Source: Prevotella sp. (GTDB lineage Bacteria > Bacteroidota > Bacteroidia > Bacteroidales > Bacteroidaceae). From it: a stretch of DNA of 64,000 nucleotides. Below, one piece after another: positions 17,639 to 26,845 of the stretch; positions within the stretch are counted from its first letter, which is position 1; every line of letters begins with the position of its first letter. The notes under the pieces were generated by a model. That model did not search any database and was not told the origin of the DNA. It worked only from the letters and a program-made list of their open reading frames with translations. Where the stretch lies: positions 5,131 through 69,130 of the forward strand of contig JAFUST010000104.1 in the NCBI GenBank assembly GCA_017467535.1. Direction: 5' to 3'. The position numbers and the translations under genes are program-made.

Positions 17639-19807
17639 ATGGCACGTAAGAATTTTAAAGATATAGATATCTATGCTGGCATTCAGCAGAAGAATGGCCA
17701 GCAATGGCAGCAGGAGAATGGCATTACTGCCAACTGGCGTACGCCCGAGCAGATTGACATTCAGCCTGTATATACGAAAGAGGATCTGGAGGGTATGGAG
17801 CAGCTCGACTTCACAGCCGGTATCCCGCCCTATCTGCGCGGTCCGTACTCGATGATGTATCCCTTCCGCCCGTGGACCATCCGCCAGTATGCCGGTTTCT
17901 CTACGGCTGAGGAGTCAAACGCTTTCTATCGTCGCAACCTGGCATCGGGACAGAAGGGCCTCTCCGTGGCCTTCGACCTGCCGACACACCGCGGCTATGA
18001 CCCCGACAACGCCCGTGTGGTGGGCGACGTGGGTAAGGCTGGCGTGAGCATCTGCAACGAGGAGAACATGAAGGTGCTCTTCTCGGGTATCCCCCTCAAC
18101 AAGATGTCGGTCTCGATGACCATGAACGGTGCCGTGCTGCCCATCCTGGCCTTCTACATCGTGGCCGGTCTAGAGCAGGGCGCACAACTGGAGGAGATGG
18201 CCGGAACGATTCAGAACGACATCCTGAAGGAGTTCATGGTGCGCAACACGTATATCTACCCGCCTGCCTTCTCGATGAAGATCATCGCCGACATCTTCGA
18301 GTACACCTCGCAGAAGATGCCGAAGTTCAACTCGATCTCCATCTCGGGCTACCACATGCAGGAGGCTGGTGCCACGGCCGACATCGAATTGGCCTACACG
18401 CTGGCCGACGGTATGGACTATCTGCGCACGGGCGTCAACGCCGGCATCGACGTGGATGCCTTCGCGCCGCGCCTGTCGTTCTTCTGGGCCATCGGCATGA
18501 ACCACTTCATGGAGATTGCCAAGATGCGCGCCGGCCGTCTGCTCTGGGCCAAGATCGTGAAGTCGTTCGGCGCCAAGAACCCCAAGTCGCTGGCCCTGCG
18601 TACGCACTCGCAGACCTCTGGCTGGAGTCTCACCGAGCAGGATCCCTTCAATAACGTAGGTCGTACCTGTATTGAGGCAATGGCTGCCGTTCTGGGTCAC
18701 ACCCAGTCGCTCCACACCAATGCCCTGGACGAGGCCATCGCCTTGCCGACTGATTTCTCCGCTCGTATTGCCCGCAACACACAGATATATATCCAGAACG
18801 AGACGAAGGTCTGCAAGCAGATCGACCCATGGGCTGGTTCTTACTATGTGGAGACCTTGACCAACGAGTTGGTGCACAAGGCTTGGGAACATATCCAGGA
18901 GATTGAGAAACTGGGCGGTATGGCCAAGGCCATCGAGACGGGTCTGCCCAAGATGCGCATCGAGGAGGCTGCTGCCCGCACGCAGGCTCGCATCGACTCA
19001 GGCGTGCAGACCATCGTGGGTACCAACAAGTACCGTCTGGAGCACGAGGATCCTATCGACATCCTCGAGGTGGACAATACCGCCGTACGCAAGCAGCAGG
19101 AGGAGAGCCTAAAGCAGGTGCGCGCCTCGCGCGACGAAGCCGCCTGCCAGGCAGCCCTGAAGGCTATTACCGAGTGCGTGCGCGACTTCAACGAGGGCCG
19201 CAAGAGCGAGAACAACCTGCTGGATCTGGCCGTCAAGGCTGCCAGCCTGCGTTGTACGCTGGGCGAGATTAGTGATGCCTGCGAGGAGATCGTGGGCCGT
19301 TATAAAGCAGTCATCAGAACCATTTCAGGCGTGTATTCATCAGAAAGCAAGAACGACGCAGACTTTGAGAAAGCCTGCGAGTTGACCGAGAAATTTGCAA
19401 AGCGTGAGGGCCGCCGGCCCCGTATCTTCGTGGCCAAGATGGGTCAAGACGGTCACGACCGTGGTGCCAAGGTGGTGGCCACCGGCTATGCCGACTGCGG
19501 CTTCGACGTGGACATGGGCCCGCTCTTCCAGACGCCCGCCGAGGCTGCCCGCGAGGCCGTGGAGAACGACGTTCACATCGTGGGAGCCTCGTCGCTGGCC
19601 GCAGGTCACAAGACGCTCATCCCGCAACTCATTGAGGAACTGAAGAAACTGGGCCGCGAGGACATCATGGTCATTGCCGGCGGTGTGATTCCCGCCCAGG
19701 ACTACGACTTCCTCTATAAGGCTGGCGTTGCCGCCATCTTCGGCCCCGGTACGAGCGTGGCCAAGGCTGCCTGCGAGATGATGAACATCCTGCTCGACGA
19801 GGAGTAG
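17639..19807 (+). CDS. mutB: Methylmalonyl-CoA mutase large (B12-binding) subunit
   Basis: [24 protein letters not shown] and [10 protein letters not shown] motifs. Confidence 0.96.
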   Translation: MARKNFKDIDIYAGIQQKNGQQWQQENGITANWRTPEQIDIQPVYTKEDLEGMEQLDFTAGIPPYLRGPYSMMYPFRPWTIRQYAGFSTAEESNAFYRRNLASGQKGLSVAFDLPTHRGYDPDNARVVGDVGKAGVSICNEENMKVLFSGIPLNKMSVSMTMNGAVLPILAFYIVAGLEQGAQLEEMAGTIQNDILKEFMVRNTYIYPPAFSMKIIADIFEYTSQKMPKFNSISISGYHMQEAGATADIELAYTLADGMDYLRTGVNAGIDVDAFAPRLSFFWAIGMNHFMEIAKMRAGRLLWAKIVKSFGAKNPKSLALRTHSQTSGWSLTEQDPFNNVGRTCIEAMAAVLGHTQSLHTNALDEAIALPTDFSARIARNTQIYIQNETKVCKQIDPWAGSYYVETLTNELVHKAWEHIQEIEKLGGMAKAIETGLPKMRIEEAAARTQARIDSGVQTIVGTNKYRLEHEDPIDILEVDNTAVRKQQEESLKQVRASRDEAACQAALKAITECVRDFNEGRKSENNLLDLAVKAASLRCTLGEISDACEEIVGRYKAVIRTISGVYSSESKNDADFEKACELTEKFAKREGRRPRIFVAKMGQDGHDRGAKVVATGYADCGFDVDMGPLFQTPAEAAREAVENDVHIVGASSLAAGHKTLIPQLIEELKKLGREDIMVIAGGVIPAQDYDFLYKAGVAAIFGPGTSVAKAACEMMNILLDEE

Positions 19808-19832
19808 GCAAACGATCTCTTCCACAGAAACG

Positions 19833-19866
19833 AACCCCGGAGGTCTACCAAGAGACTTCCGGGGTT
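19833..19866. terminator. Likely bidirectional intrinsic terminator
   Basis: aaccccggaggtct...agacttccggggtt hairpin between convergent mutB and yggS. Confidence 0.75.
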
Positions 19867-19891
19867 TTCAGTTCCTGTTGTGGCTGATTTC

Positions 19892-20563
19892 CTAATAGAC
19901 GCGTGGTCCGAAGATCATCGTGCCGATTCGGACCATCGTCGAACGATGGCGGACGGCTATGGGGTAGTCATCGCTCATGCCCCACGAACGCTCGCAGAAC
20001 TGGGGGCTGTCGGCAAAATAGGCAGCCTTCACCTCGTCGAAGAAGTCAGCCGCCTGCTGAAATTCACCGGCTATCTGCGCCTCATCGTCAGTATTGCTGG
20101 CCATCATCATCAGGCCGCAGATCTGCACGTGCTCCATCTGCCGCCACTCGCCGTCGGCGAGCAGTGAGCGACAGTCGTCGAGCGTGAGGCCATACTTGGT
20201 GGCCTCCTCGGCTATGTGCAGTTCCAACAGCACGCGCACCACTCGGCCGCACTTGGCCGCCTGCTTCTCTATCTCGCGCAGGAGCCGGAGCGAGTCCACG
20301 GCCTCTATCATCGAGATGTAGGGGGCGATGTACTTCACCTTGTTCGTCTGCAGATGGCCTATGAAGTGCCACTCTATGTCCTGCGGCAGGGCCCCGACCT
20401 TGCGGGCCAGTTCCTGCTCGTGGCTCTCGCCGAAGACGCGCTGGCCCTCCTCGTAGGCGGCCATGATGTAGTCCTCGGGGTGATACTTGCTGATGGCCAC
20501 CAGCCGCACGCCCTGGGGCAGCGACTGCAGCACCTGACACAGTTTCTCTTTGACGGGATACAT
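19892..20563 (-). CDS. yggS: YggS family pyridoxal phosphate homeostasis protein
   Basis: LVAISK, WHFIGHLQTNKVK, GMSDDY and VRIGTMIFG motifs. Confidence 0.95.
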   Translation of the reverse strand: MYPVKEKLCQVLQSLPQGVRLVAISKYHPEDYIMAAYEEGQRVFGESHEQELARKVGALPQDIEWHFIGHLQTNKVKYIAPYISMIEAVDSLRLLREIEKQAAKCGRVVRVLLELHIAEEATKYGLTLDDCRSLLADGEWRQMEHVQICGLMMMASNTDDEAQIAGEFQQAADFFDEVKAAYFADSPQFCERSWGMSDDYPIAVRHRSTMVRIGTMIFGPRVY

Positions 20564-20571
20564 AGGGCTCT

Positions 20572-21060
20572 CTACTGCTGCTCGAACTCCGGTTTGTCGT
20601 CGGCCTTCTTGGTCGGGGCGGTATGCTCGAATACGTCCATCAGGGTGGTCTCGGCCACGCTGGCTATCACGTAGTCGATCATCGTGGCGCCCATCACCTC
20701 GTCGATGTTCTTCACGGCACCATTGAACGAGCCGGCCTGTATCAGGTAGTTGACGGTAGACTTCTTCTCCTTCTCGGTCTTCTCGTCGATGGTGATGAAC
20801 TGCAGTTTGGCCTTATACCAGCGGTCGGCCATCTCCAGGTCGCTGAAGAATATCTCGCCGTAGGGGGCCTTCTTGATGTCTGTCACATTAAACTCACCGC
20901 TGATATAACTCGACATTTCCTCGATGATGCGCTCCTCGGCCTCGCTGAAACTGAGGGCGTCGACGACATAGGCCTCGGTGACCTTCTTCTGCATGCCGTC
21001 TTCCATTGTCTTCTCGTAGCGAATCTTGCATTCAAACCACGTTGCTGTTCTGCTTCTCAT
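20572..21060 (-). CDS. DUF4494 family protein
   Basis: WFECKIRYEK...YVVDALSFSEAE, recognised as the Bacteroidota family usually found next to yggS. Confidence 0.8.
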   Translation of the reverse strand: MRSRTATWFECKIRYEKTMEDGMQKKVTEAYVVDALSFSEAEERIIEEMSSYISGEFNVTDIKKAPYGEIFFSDLEMADRWYKAKLQFITIDEKTEKEKKSTVNYLIQAGSFNGAVKNIDEVMGATMIDYVIASVAETTLMDVFEHTAPTKKADDKPEFEQQ

Positions 21061-21085
21061 TATCTGTATCTTTTTGTTGATTTGT

Positions 21086-22327
21086 TCATTGTTCTTCTTC
21101 CTCGGTAGGCCGTATGTAGCCCTTGCGGCTCACCTGGGCCTGCTTGTCCTTGGTGATCTTCTCCACGATCTCCTGACCTATGCGGCCCGCCTCTTCCTCC
21201 GTCAGGCCTGCCTCCTCGCCCATCTCGCTCTGCAGTTTGATGAGTTCCTGCGCCATCGAATGGCTGCCGGCGCGGTAGTTCTTCTCCGAACCGCTCAGGC
21301 GGTCGTTGTCGTAGATGTCGGAGAGTATGCGGTCGGCCTCCTGGGCATAGCGCTTGCGGAATATCTCCTCGGCCTTCTGCTGATACATGCGGTCCAGATC
21401 AGAGGTGTCAGACGCGTCGTCCTCCATCAGGAGCCCCGTCTCCGGGTCGAAGTAACTGCTGCCGAATGGATCGTCTTCGCTCTTCGGGGCAGGCTCGACG
21501 AACTCGACCACGTTTTGCTCAGGCATGAAGTCCACATAGATCCACACGCCCAGCAGGGCCAGCACGACGGCAGCAGCCAGAACGATGACCGAGCGACGCG
21601 TGTTGCGCTTGTTCTCCAGGGCACTCTTCATCGCGGCCAGCGACTGGTAGCGGTCGGCAGGGTTCTCGGCCGTGGCCTTCTTCACCATAGCCTTGTACTC
21701 GTAGGTGATCTCGCCCTGAGTGAACAGATGCTCGATGAGGCGACCCAGGGCATAGACGTCGCTTCGCTCGTCCACCGACTCGCGGGCCAGCACCTCGGGG
21801 GCCACAAACTTCTGGTATTCAGCCGTATAGAGTTCGTCCAAGTCGACCATTCCCTGATAGAACGAGCCGTGGGTGAGCAGCATGGGCGTGTTGCTGGACT
21901 TGCGCAGGAAGACGCTCTGAGGTGCCAGGCACAACTGATAGATGCCCTCAGCATGCAGCACGTCGAGATACTCCACCAGCGAGGTGAACACCTCGTCGAT
22001 GAAGCCCTTCTGGGCCACGATGGCGGGATTGCTTTTCAGCAGGCTTTCCAGAGTCAGGAAACTGCCGGCTTCCAGTTCTATCTCGTAGACGCCATTGCTG
22101 TCACCGTGCAGCAGGCCATGCAGTTGCTGTTTCTCCATGCGCTTGGCCGACCACTCCACATCGCTCTTCAGGGCCTCGCAGAACACGATGCTGTCGATGA
22201 GCGACGGATTGAGGTCTACCACGTGGTGGTACTTGCCGTCCACCTGTTTCCTGTGCAACTCGCCTATGAGCGTCGTCTCACGATGCATCGAACCCTCGCG
22301 AGCATTGATCATTTCTTCGAAATTCAT
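21086..22327 (-). CDS. Membrane-anchored Hanks-type protein-kinase-fold protein with degenerate catalytic motifs (pseudokinase)
   Basis: Keeps APE, SDVYALG and P-x-x-RY; catalytic loop reads QLCLAPQS and DFG reads THG; one TM helix; start ATG 22327 after the promoter element at 22352-22359. Confidence 0.75.
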   Translation of the reverse strand: MNFEEMINAREGSMHRETTLIGELHRKQVDGKYHHVVDLNPSLIDSIVFCEALKSDVEWSAKRMEKQQLHGLLHGDSNGVYEIELEAGSFLTLESLLKSNPAIVAQKGFIDEVFTSLVEYLDVLHAEGIYQLCLAPQSVFLRKSSNTPMLLTHGSFYQGMVDLDELYTAEYQKFVAPEVLARESVDERSDVYALGRLIEHLFTQGEITYEYKAMVKKATAENPADRYQSLAAMKSALENKRNTRRSVIVLAAAVVLALLGVWIYVDFMPEQNVVEFVEPAPKSEDDPFGSSYFDPETGLLMEDDASDTSDLDRMYQQKAEEIFRKRYAQEADRILSDIYDNDRLSGSEKNYRAGSHSMAQELIKLQSEMGEEAGLTEEEAGRIGQEIVEKITKDKQAQVSRKGYIRPTEEEEQ

Positions 22328-22351
22328 TGCCTTCGTCTGATTTTGGTCGGG

Positions 22352-22562
22352 CAAAAGTACACAATAAATCCGACATGGGCAAGTATTTTGGCATAAAAAA
22401 GCAGAAAAAGCACTTCGAGCCGCAGGACTTAGGACCGTCCAAACCTGGGGTTTGCTTCGTCCAAAGTCCCAGTTTGCTTCGTCCAAAGTCCCAGTTTGCT
22501 TCGTCCAAAAAGCAAAAAAATGACTTTTTGTTTTGTATTGTTCTCACTTATTCGTACCTTTG
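22352..22562. promoter_or_regulatory. Divergent promoters (TACTTTTG minus 22352-22359; TACCTTTG plus 22555-22562)
   Basis: TAnnTTTG matches oriented toward each divergent gene. Confidence 0.65.
22428..22509. repeat. 22-bp tandem repeat GTTTGCTTCGTCCAAAGTCCCA
   Basis: Exact copies 22450-22471 and 22472-22493, a 16-bp partial 22494-22509, and one degenerate unit before. Confidence 0.9.
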
Positions 22563-22593
22563 CACCCAAATTGACAAATCGTAAACAAACAAG

Positions 22594-23796
22594 ATGCCAG
22601 AAATATCAGTACGTGGCCTGGAGATGCCCGAGAGCCCTATCAGGAAGTTGGCTCCGCTGGCTGCTGCCGCCAAGAAGCGCGGAACCCACGTTTACCACCT
22701 GAACATCGGTCAGCCCGACCTGCCCACGCCGCAGGTGGGACTGGACGCGCTGAAACAGATTGACCGCCAGATCCTGGAGTACTCACCATCGCAGGGCTAC
22801 CTGAGTTACCGCGAGAAACTGGTGGGCTACTACGCGAAGTACAATATCAACGTGACGGCCGACGACATCATCATCACCAGCGGCGGCTCCGAGGCGGTGC
22901 TCTTTGCCTTCCTCTCATGCCTGAACCCCGGCGACGAGATCATCGTGCCCGAACCGGCCTATGCCAACTATATGGCCTTTGCCATCTCGGCCGGTGCTAA
23001 GATACGCACCATTGCCACCACGATAGAAGAAGGCTTCTCGCTGCCCAAGGTGGAGAAGTTTGAGGAACTGATCAACGAGCGCACCCGCGCCATCATGATC
23101 TGCAACCCCAACAACCCCACGGGCTATCTCTACACCCGCCGCGAGATGAACCAGATTCGCGACCTGGTGAAGAAATACGACCTCTACCTCTTCTCTGACG
23201 AGGTCTACCGCGAATACATCTACACGGGCTCACCCTACATTTCGGCCTGCCATCTGGAGGGCATCGAGCAGAACGTGATACTGATCGACTCGGTCTCGAA
23301 GCGCTACTCCGAGTGCGGCATCCGCGTAGGTGCGCTCATCACCAAGAATAAAGAGGTACGCGCGGCCGTGATGAAGTTCTGTCAGGCCCGTCTCTCCCCT
23401 CCCCTAATCGGTCAGATTGTGGCCGAGGCTTCACTCGACGCACCCGAGGAATACTATCGCGACGTTTACGACGAGTACGTAGAGCGGCGCAAGTGCCTCA
23501 TCGACTGGCTGAACCGCATTCCTGGTGTCTACTCGCCCATACCGATGGGCGCTTTCTACACGGTGGCCAAGTTGCCCGTGGACGATAGTGAGAAGTTCTG
23601 CCGCTGGTGTCTCTCGGAGTTTGAGTACGAGGGCCAGACGGTCATGATGGCGCCTGCCGCAGGCTTCTACACCACACCGGGTGCCGGCATCAATCAGGTG
23701 CGCATAGCCTATGTGTTGAAGAAGGAAGACCTGGTAAAGGCCCTTGTGGTGCTGCAGAAGGCGCTGGAGGCCTATCCGGGTAGGACCGAGGAGTAA
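22594..23796 (+). CDS. Class I/II PLP-dependent aminotransferase (aspartate aminotransferase-like)
   Basis: LNIGQPD, CNPNNPTG, SDEVY and SVSKRYSECGIRVG motifs. Confidence 0.92.
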   Translation: MPEISVRGLEMPESPIRKLAPLAAAAKKRGTHVYHLNIGQPDLPTPQVGLDALKQIDRQILEYSPSQGYLSYREKLVGYYAKYNINVTADDIIITSGGSEAVLFAFLSCLNPGDEIIVPEPAYANYMAFAISAGAKIRTIATTIEEGFSLPKVEKFEELINERTRAIMICNPNNPTGYLYTRREMNQIRDLVKKYDLYLFSDEVYREYIYTGSPYISACHLEGIEQNVILIDSVSKRYSECGIRVGALITKNKEVRAAVMKFCQARLSPPLIGQIVAEASLDAPEEYYRDVYDEYVERRKCLIDWLNRIPGVYSPIPMGAFYTVAKLPVDDSEKFCRWCLSEFEYEGQTVMMAPAAGFYTTPGAGINQVRIAYVLKKEDLVKALVVLQKALEAYPGRTEE

Positions 23797-23826
23797 TGAC
23801 GATCGAGAATCGATAAGCGAGAAGTG

Positions 23827-25068
23827 ATGTTTCTCCCCCTATTCATAGCACGCAGAATCTTCAGTGACAAGGGCGACCGCCGCAAGGTGAGCCGCCCTGC
23901 TATTCGCATTGCCACCATTGGCGTGGCCATCGGACTGGCTGTGATGATAGTGACCGTCAGCGTCGTGCTGGGATTCAAGCACACCATACGCGACAAGGTG
24001 GTAGGATTCGGCAGCCACATTCAGGTGCAGAACGTGCAGGCTGCCTACAATCCCGTGGTCTCCATCTGCATCGATTCGACGGCCCTGCCCACTATGGAGG
24101 GCATCCCCGGGGTAAACCACGCCCAGCGATTCTGCTGGGCTCAGGGCATACTGAAGACCGACGACGACTTTCTGGGGGTGATGCTCAAGGGCGTGGGACC
24201 GGAGTATGACACCCGCTTCCTCGAAGCCTGCTTGCTGGAAGGCGAGTTGCCCCAGTTCTCCGACTCCGTCACGCAGTATCCGCTCGTGGTGTCGAAATCG
24301 ATGGCCGACAAGTTGAGGATTCACGCCGGCGACCGGCTCTTTGCCTACTTCATCGACGATGACGTGCGCGTGCGCAAGTTCAACGTCTGCGCCATCTACC
24401 AGACCAACATGAAGCGCTTCGATGACCTGATCTGCCTGACCGACCTCTACGTCACCCGAAAACTGAACGGCTACTCCAGCGACGAATGCTCGGGGCTGGA
24501 ACTGCTGGTGGATGACTTTGACCGCCTGGACGAGACCAAGCGCAACGTGTCCGCCGAACTGCGCAAGCGGCCCGACATGGCAGGCAACTTCATGGCCCCG
24601 CAGACCATCATGGAGTCCTATCCGCAGGTGTTCTCGTGGCTGGAACTGCTCGACATCAACGTGTGGATCATCCTGGCCCTGATGATAGCCGTGGCAGGCT
24701 TCACCATGATTAGTGGACTCCTTATTATTATATTGGAGCGCACGCAGATGATCGGCATACTGAAGGCCCTGGGTGCCCGCAACGCCATGATTGGCAAGAC
24801 CTTTCTGTGGTTCGGAGCCTTCATCATCAGCCGCGGCCTGCTGCTGGGCAACGTGCTCGGCATAGGCATCGTCATCCTGCAGCAGCAGACGGGACTGGTG
24901 ACGCTCGACCCACAGACCTATTACGTCAGCGAGGCCCCCATGGAACTAAGCCTGCCCCTCATCGTGCTGCTCAATGTGTGCACCCTGCTCATTTCCGTAC
25001 TCGTATTGGTCCTGCCGAGCCTGCTGGTCATGTTCATCCAGCCCGCCCAATCTATGCGATATGACTGA
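23827..25068 (+). CDS. LolC/E-like ABC permease (MacB/FtsX family)
   Basis: GVAIGLAVMI TM1, large periplasmic domain, ERTQMIGILKALGA, LDPQTYY. Confidence 0.88.
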   Translation: MFLPLFIARRIFSDKGDRRKVSRPAIRIATIGVAIGLAVMIVTVSVVLGFKHTIRDKVVGFGSHIQVQNVQAAYNPVVSICIDSTALPTMEGIPGVNHAQRFCWAQGILKTDDDFLGVMLKGVGPEYDTRFLEACLLEGELPQFSDSVTQYPLVVSKSMADKLRIHAGDRLFAYFIDDDVRVRKFNVCAIYQTNMKRFDDLICLTDLYVTRKLNGYSSDECSGLELLVDDFDRLDETKRNVSAELRKRPDMAGNFMAPQTIMESYPQVFSWLELLDINVWIILALMIAVAGFTMISGLLIIILERTQMIGILKALGARNAMIGKTFLWFGAFIISRGLLLGNVLGIGIVILQQQTGLVTLDPQTYYVSEAPMELSLPLIVLLNVCTLLISVLVLVLPSLLVMFIQPAQSMRYD

Positions 25069-25125
25069 AAAAATGTCCTATTAGTACTTATTAACTAAGG
25101 CAACGATAAAAAACTGCACAAAAAA

Positions 25126-25157
25126 TTTGGGAATGTGCAGGAAACAATGTACCTTTG
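25126..25157 (+). promoter_or_regulatory. Bacteroidota promoter (TTTG-N20-TACCTTTG)
   Basis: TTTG 25126-25129 and TACCTTTG 25150-25157. Confidence 0.7.
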
Positions 25158-25180
25158 CACAAAATTTCGACAATTGTGCA

Positions 25181-26842
25181 ATGAACTTAGGCTCAAGTTT
25201 TAATAAATACATTGAGGATGCCATCATAAAGAACTGGGACGCAGACGCCCTGACCGACTTCCAAGGCCAGACGCTGCAATTTCACGATGTGGCTCGCAAG
25301 ATAGAGAAACTCCACATCGCGTACCTCAACTGCGGCATCCAAAAGGGCGACAAGATAGCCATCTGCGGGCGCAACTCCGCCCATTGGGCCGTGGCCTTCC
25401 TGGCTACGCTCACCTATGGGGCCGTCGCCGTACCTATCCTGCATGAGTTCAACGCCGAGCAAATACACAACATCGTCAATCACTCCGAAGCCCGGCTTCT
25501 CTTCGTGGGCGACTATATAGCCAAGGAGATTGATCCAGAGGCCATGCCCCGACTGGAGGGCATACTCAACCTGCCCGACTTCTCGCTGATGATTTCCCGC
25601 TCGGAACAACTCACCTACGCCCGCGAACACCTGAACATGATGTTCGGCAGCAAGTATCCCATGGCCTTCCGCAAGGAGCACGTGCACTATCACCAAGACT
25701 CGCCTGAGGAACTGGCCCTGATCAACTACACCAGCGGCACCACGGGCTTCTCCAAGGGGGTCATGCTGCCCTATCGTGCACTTTGGGGCAACCTCGATTT
25801 CTGTCTGCGCCGGCTGGGCAACCACGTGAAGTCGGGCACGCCCATGCTCGAGATACTGCCCATGGCCCACATGTACGGCCTGGCCATCGAGTTCATCTTC
25901 GGCTTCTGCAACGGTTGCCACCTGTTCTTTCTCAACCGTCTGCCCTCGCCCTCGCTCATCGCCCAGGCCTTCACCGAGATCAAGCCCTCGCTGGTGGTAG
26001 CCGTGCCGCTCATCATCGAGAAAATCATCCGCAAGAAAGTATTCCCCATCATACAGAGCAACCGCATGAAACTGTTGCTGGCCATGCCCGTGGTATCGAA
26101 GAAAGTGAAGGAGCGCATCTGCCAGCAGGTCTATGAGGCCTTCGGCGGACAGGCCTACCAGATCATCGTGGGCGGCGCCCCCCTGTCGAAAGAGGTGGAG
26201 CAGTTCTTGGTGAGCATCGGCTTCCCCATCACCGTGGGCTATGGCACCACCGAGTGTGCCCCGCTCATCAGTTACTCTGACTGGACAGAGTTCGCCCCAT
26301 CGTCCTGCGGTAGACCACTGGACAGCATGGAAGTGCGAATCCTGAGCAACGACCCCGAGAACGTGGCCGGCGAGATTGTCACCCGCGGCGTCAACCTGAT
26401 GCTGGGCTACTACAAGAACGACGAGGCCACACAACTGGCTATCGACGAGGAGGGCTGGTATCACACGGGCGACCTGGCCACCATGGATGCTGAAGGCAAC
26501 ATCTACATCCGCGGACGCATCAAGAATATGCTCCTCGGTGCAAACGGACAGAATGTCTATCCAGAGGAAATAGAGGACAAACTGAACTCCATGCCCATGG
26601 TCAGCGAGAGCCTGGTCATACAGGACGGAGACAAACTGGTGGCACTCGTCTATCCTGACAAGGACGAGGTGAACGGCTTCGGTCAGGAGGAACTGGCGGC
26701 CGTCATGGAGCAGAACCGCCAGAACCTGAACGCCGCACTGCCCCACTTCAGCAACATCAGCCGCATAGAACTGCGCGACGAGGAATTCAAGAAGACACCC
26801 AAGAAAAGCATCAAGAGATATTTATACCAAGCAAAAATCTAA
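25181..26842 (+). CDS. Long-chain fatty acid-CoA ligase (AMP-binding), paralog 1
   Basis: YTSGTTGFSKG, GYGTTE, WYHTGDL and GQNVYPEEIE motifs. Confidence 0.92.
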   Translation: MNLGSSFNKYIEDAIIKNWDADALTDFQGQTLQFHDVARKIEKLHIAYLNCGIQKGDKIAICGRNSAHWAVAFLATLTYGAVAVPILHEFNAEQIHNIVNHSEARLLFVGDYIAKEIDPEAMPRLEGILNLPDFSLMISRSEQLTYAREHLNMMFGSKYPMAFRKEHVHYHQDSPEELALINYTSGTTGFSKGVMLPYRALWGNLDFCLRRLGNHVKSGTPMLEILPMAHMYGLAIEFIFGFCNGCHLFFLNRLPSPSLIAQAFTEIKPSLVVAVPLIIEKIIRKKVFPIIQSNRMKLLLAMPVVSKKVKERICQQVYEAFGGQAYQIIVGGAPLSKEVEQFLVSIGFPITVGYGTTECAPLISYSDWTEFAPSSCGRPLDSMEVRILSNDPENVAGEIVTRGVNLMLGYYKNDEATQLAIDEEGWYHTGDLATMDAEGNIYIRGRIKNMLLGANGQNVYPEEIEDKLNSMPMVSESLVIQDGDKLVALVYPDKDEVNGFGQEELAAVMEQNRQNLNAALPHFSNISRIELRDEEFKKTPKKSIKRYLYQAKI

Positions 26843-26845
26843 GAA

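Noticed and set aside
22328-22486. N-terminal extension MDEANWDFGRSK... of the kinase-like ORF
   Set aside because: It is a translation of the 22-bp repeat and lies upstream of the promoter element; ATG 22327 is more plausible
22428-22509. Possible CRISPR array
   Set aside because: Units are directly adjacent with no unique spacers, only 22 bp long, and no cas genes are in the window
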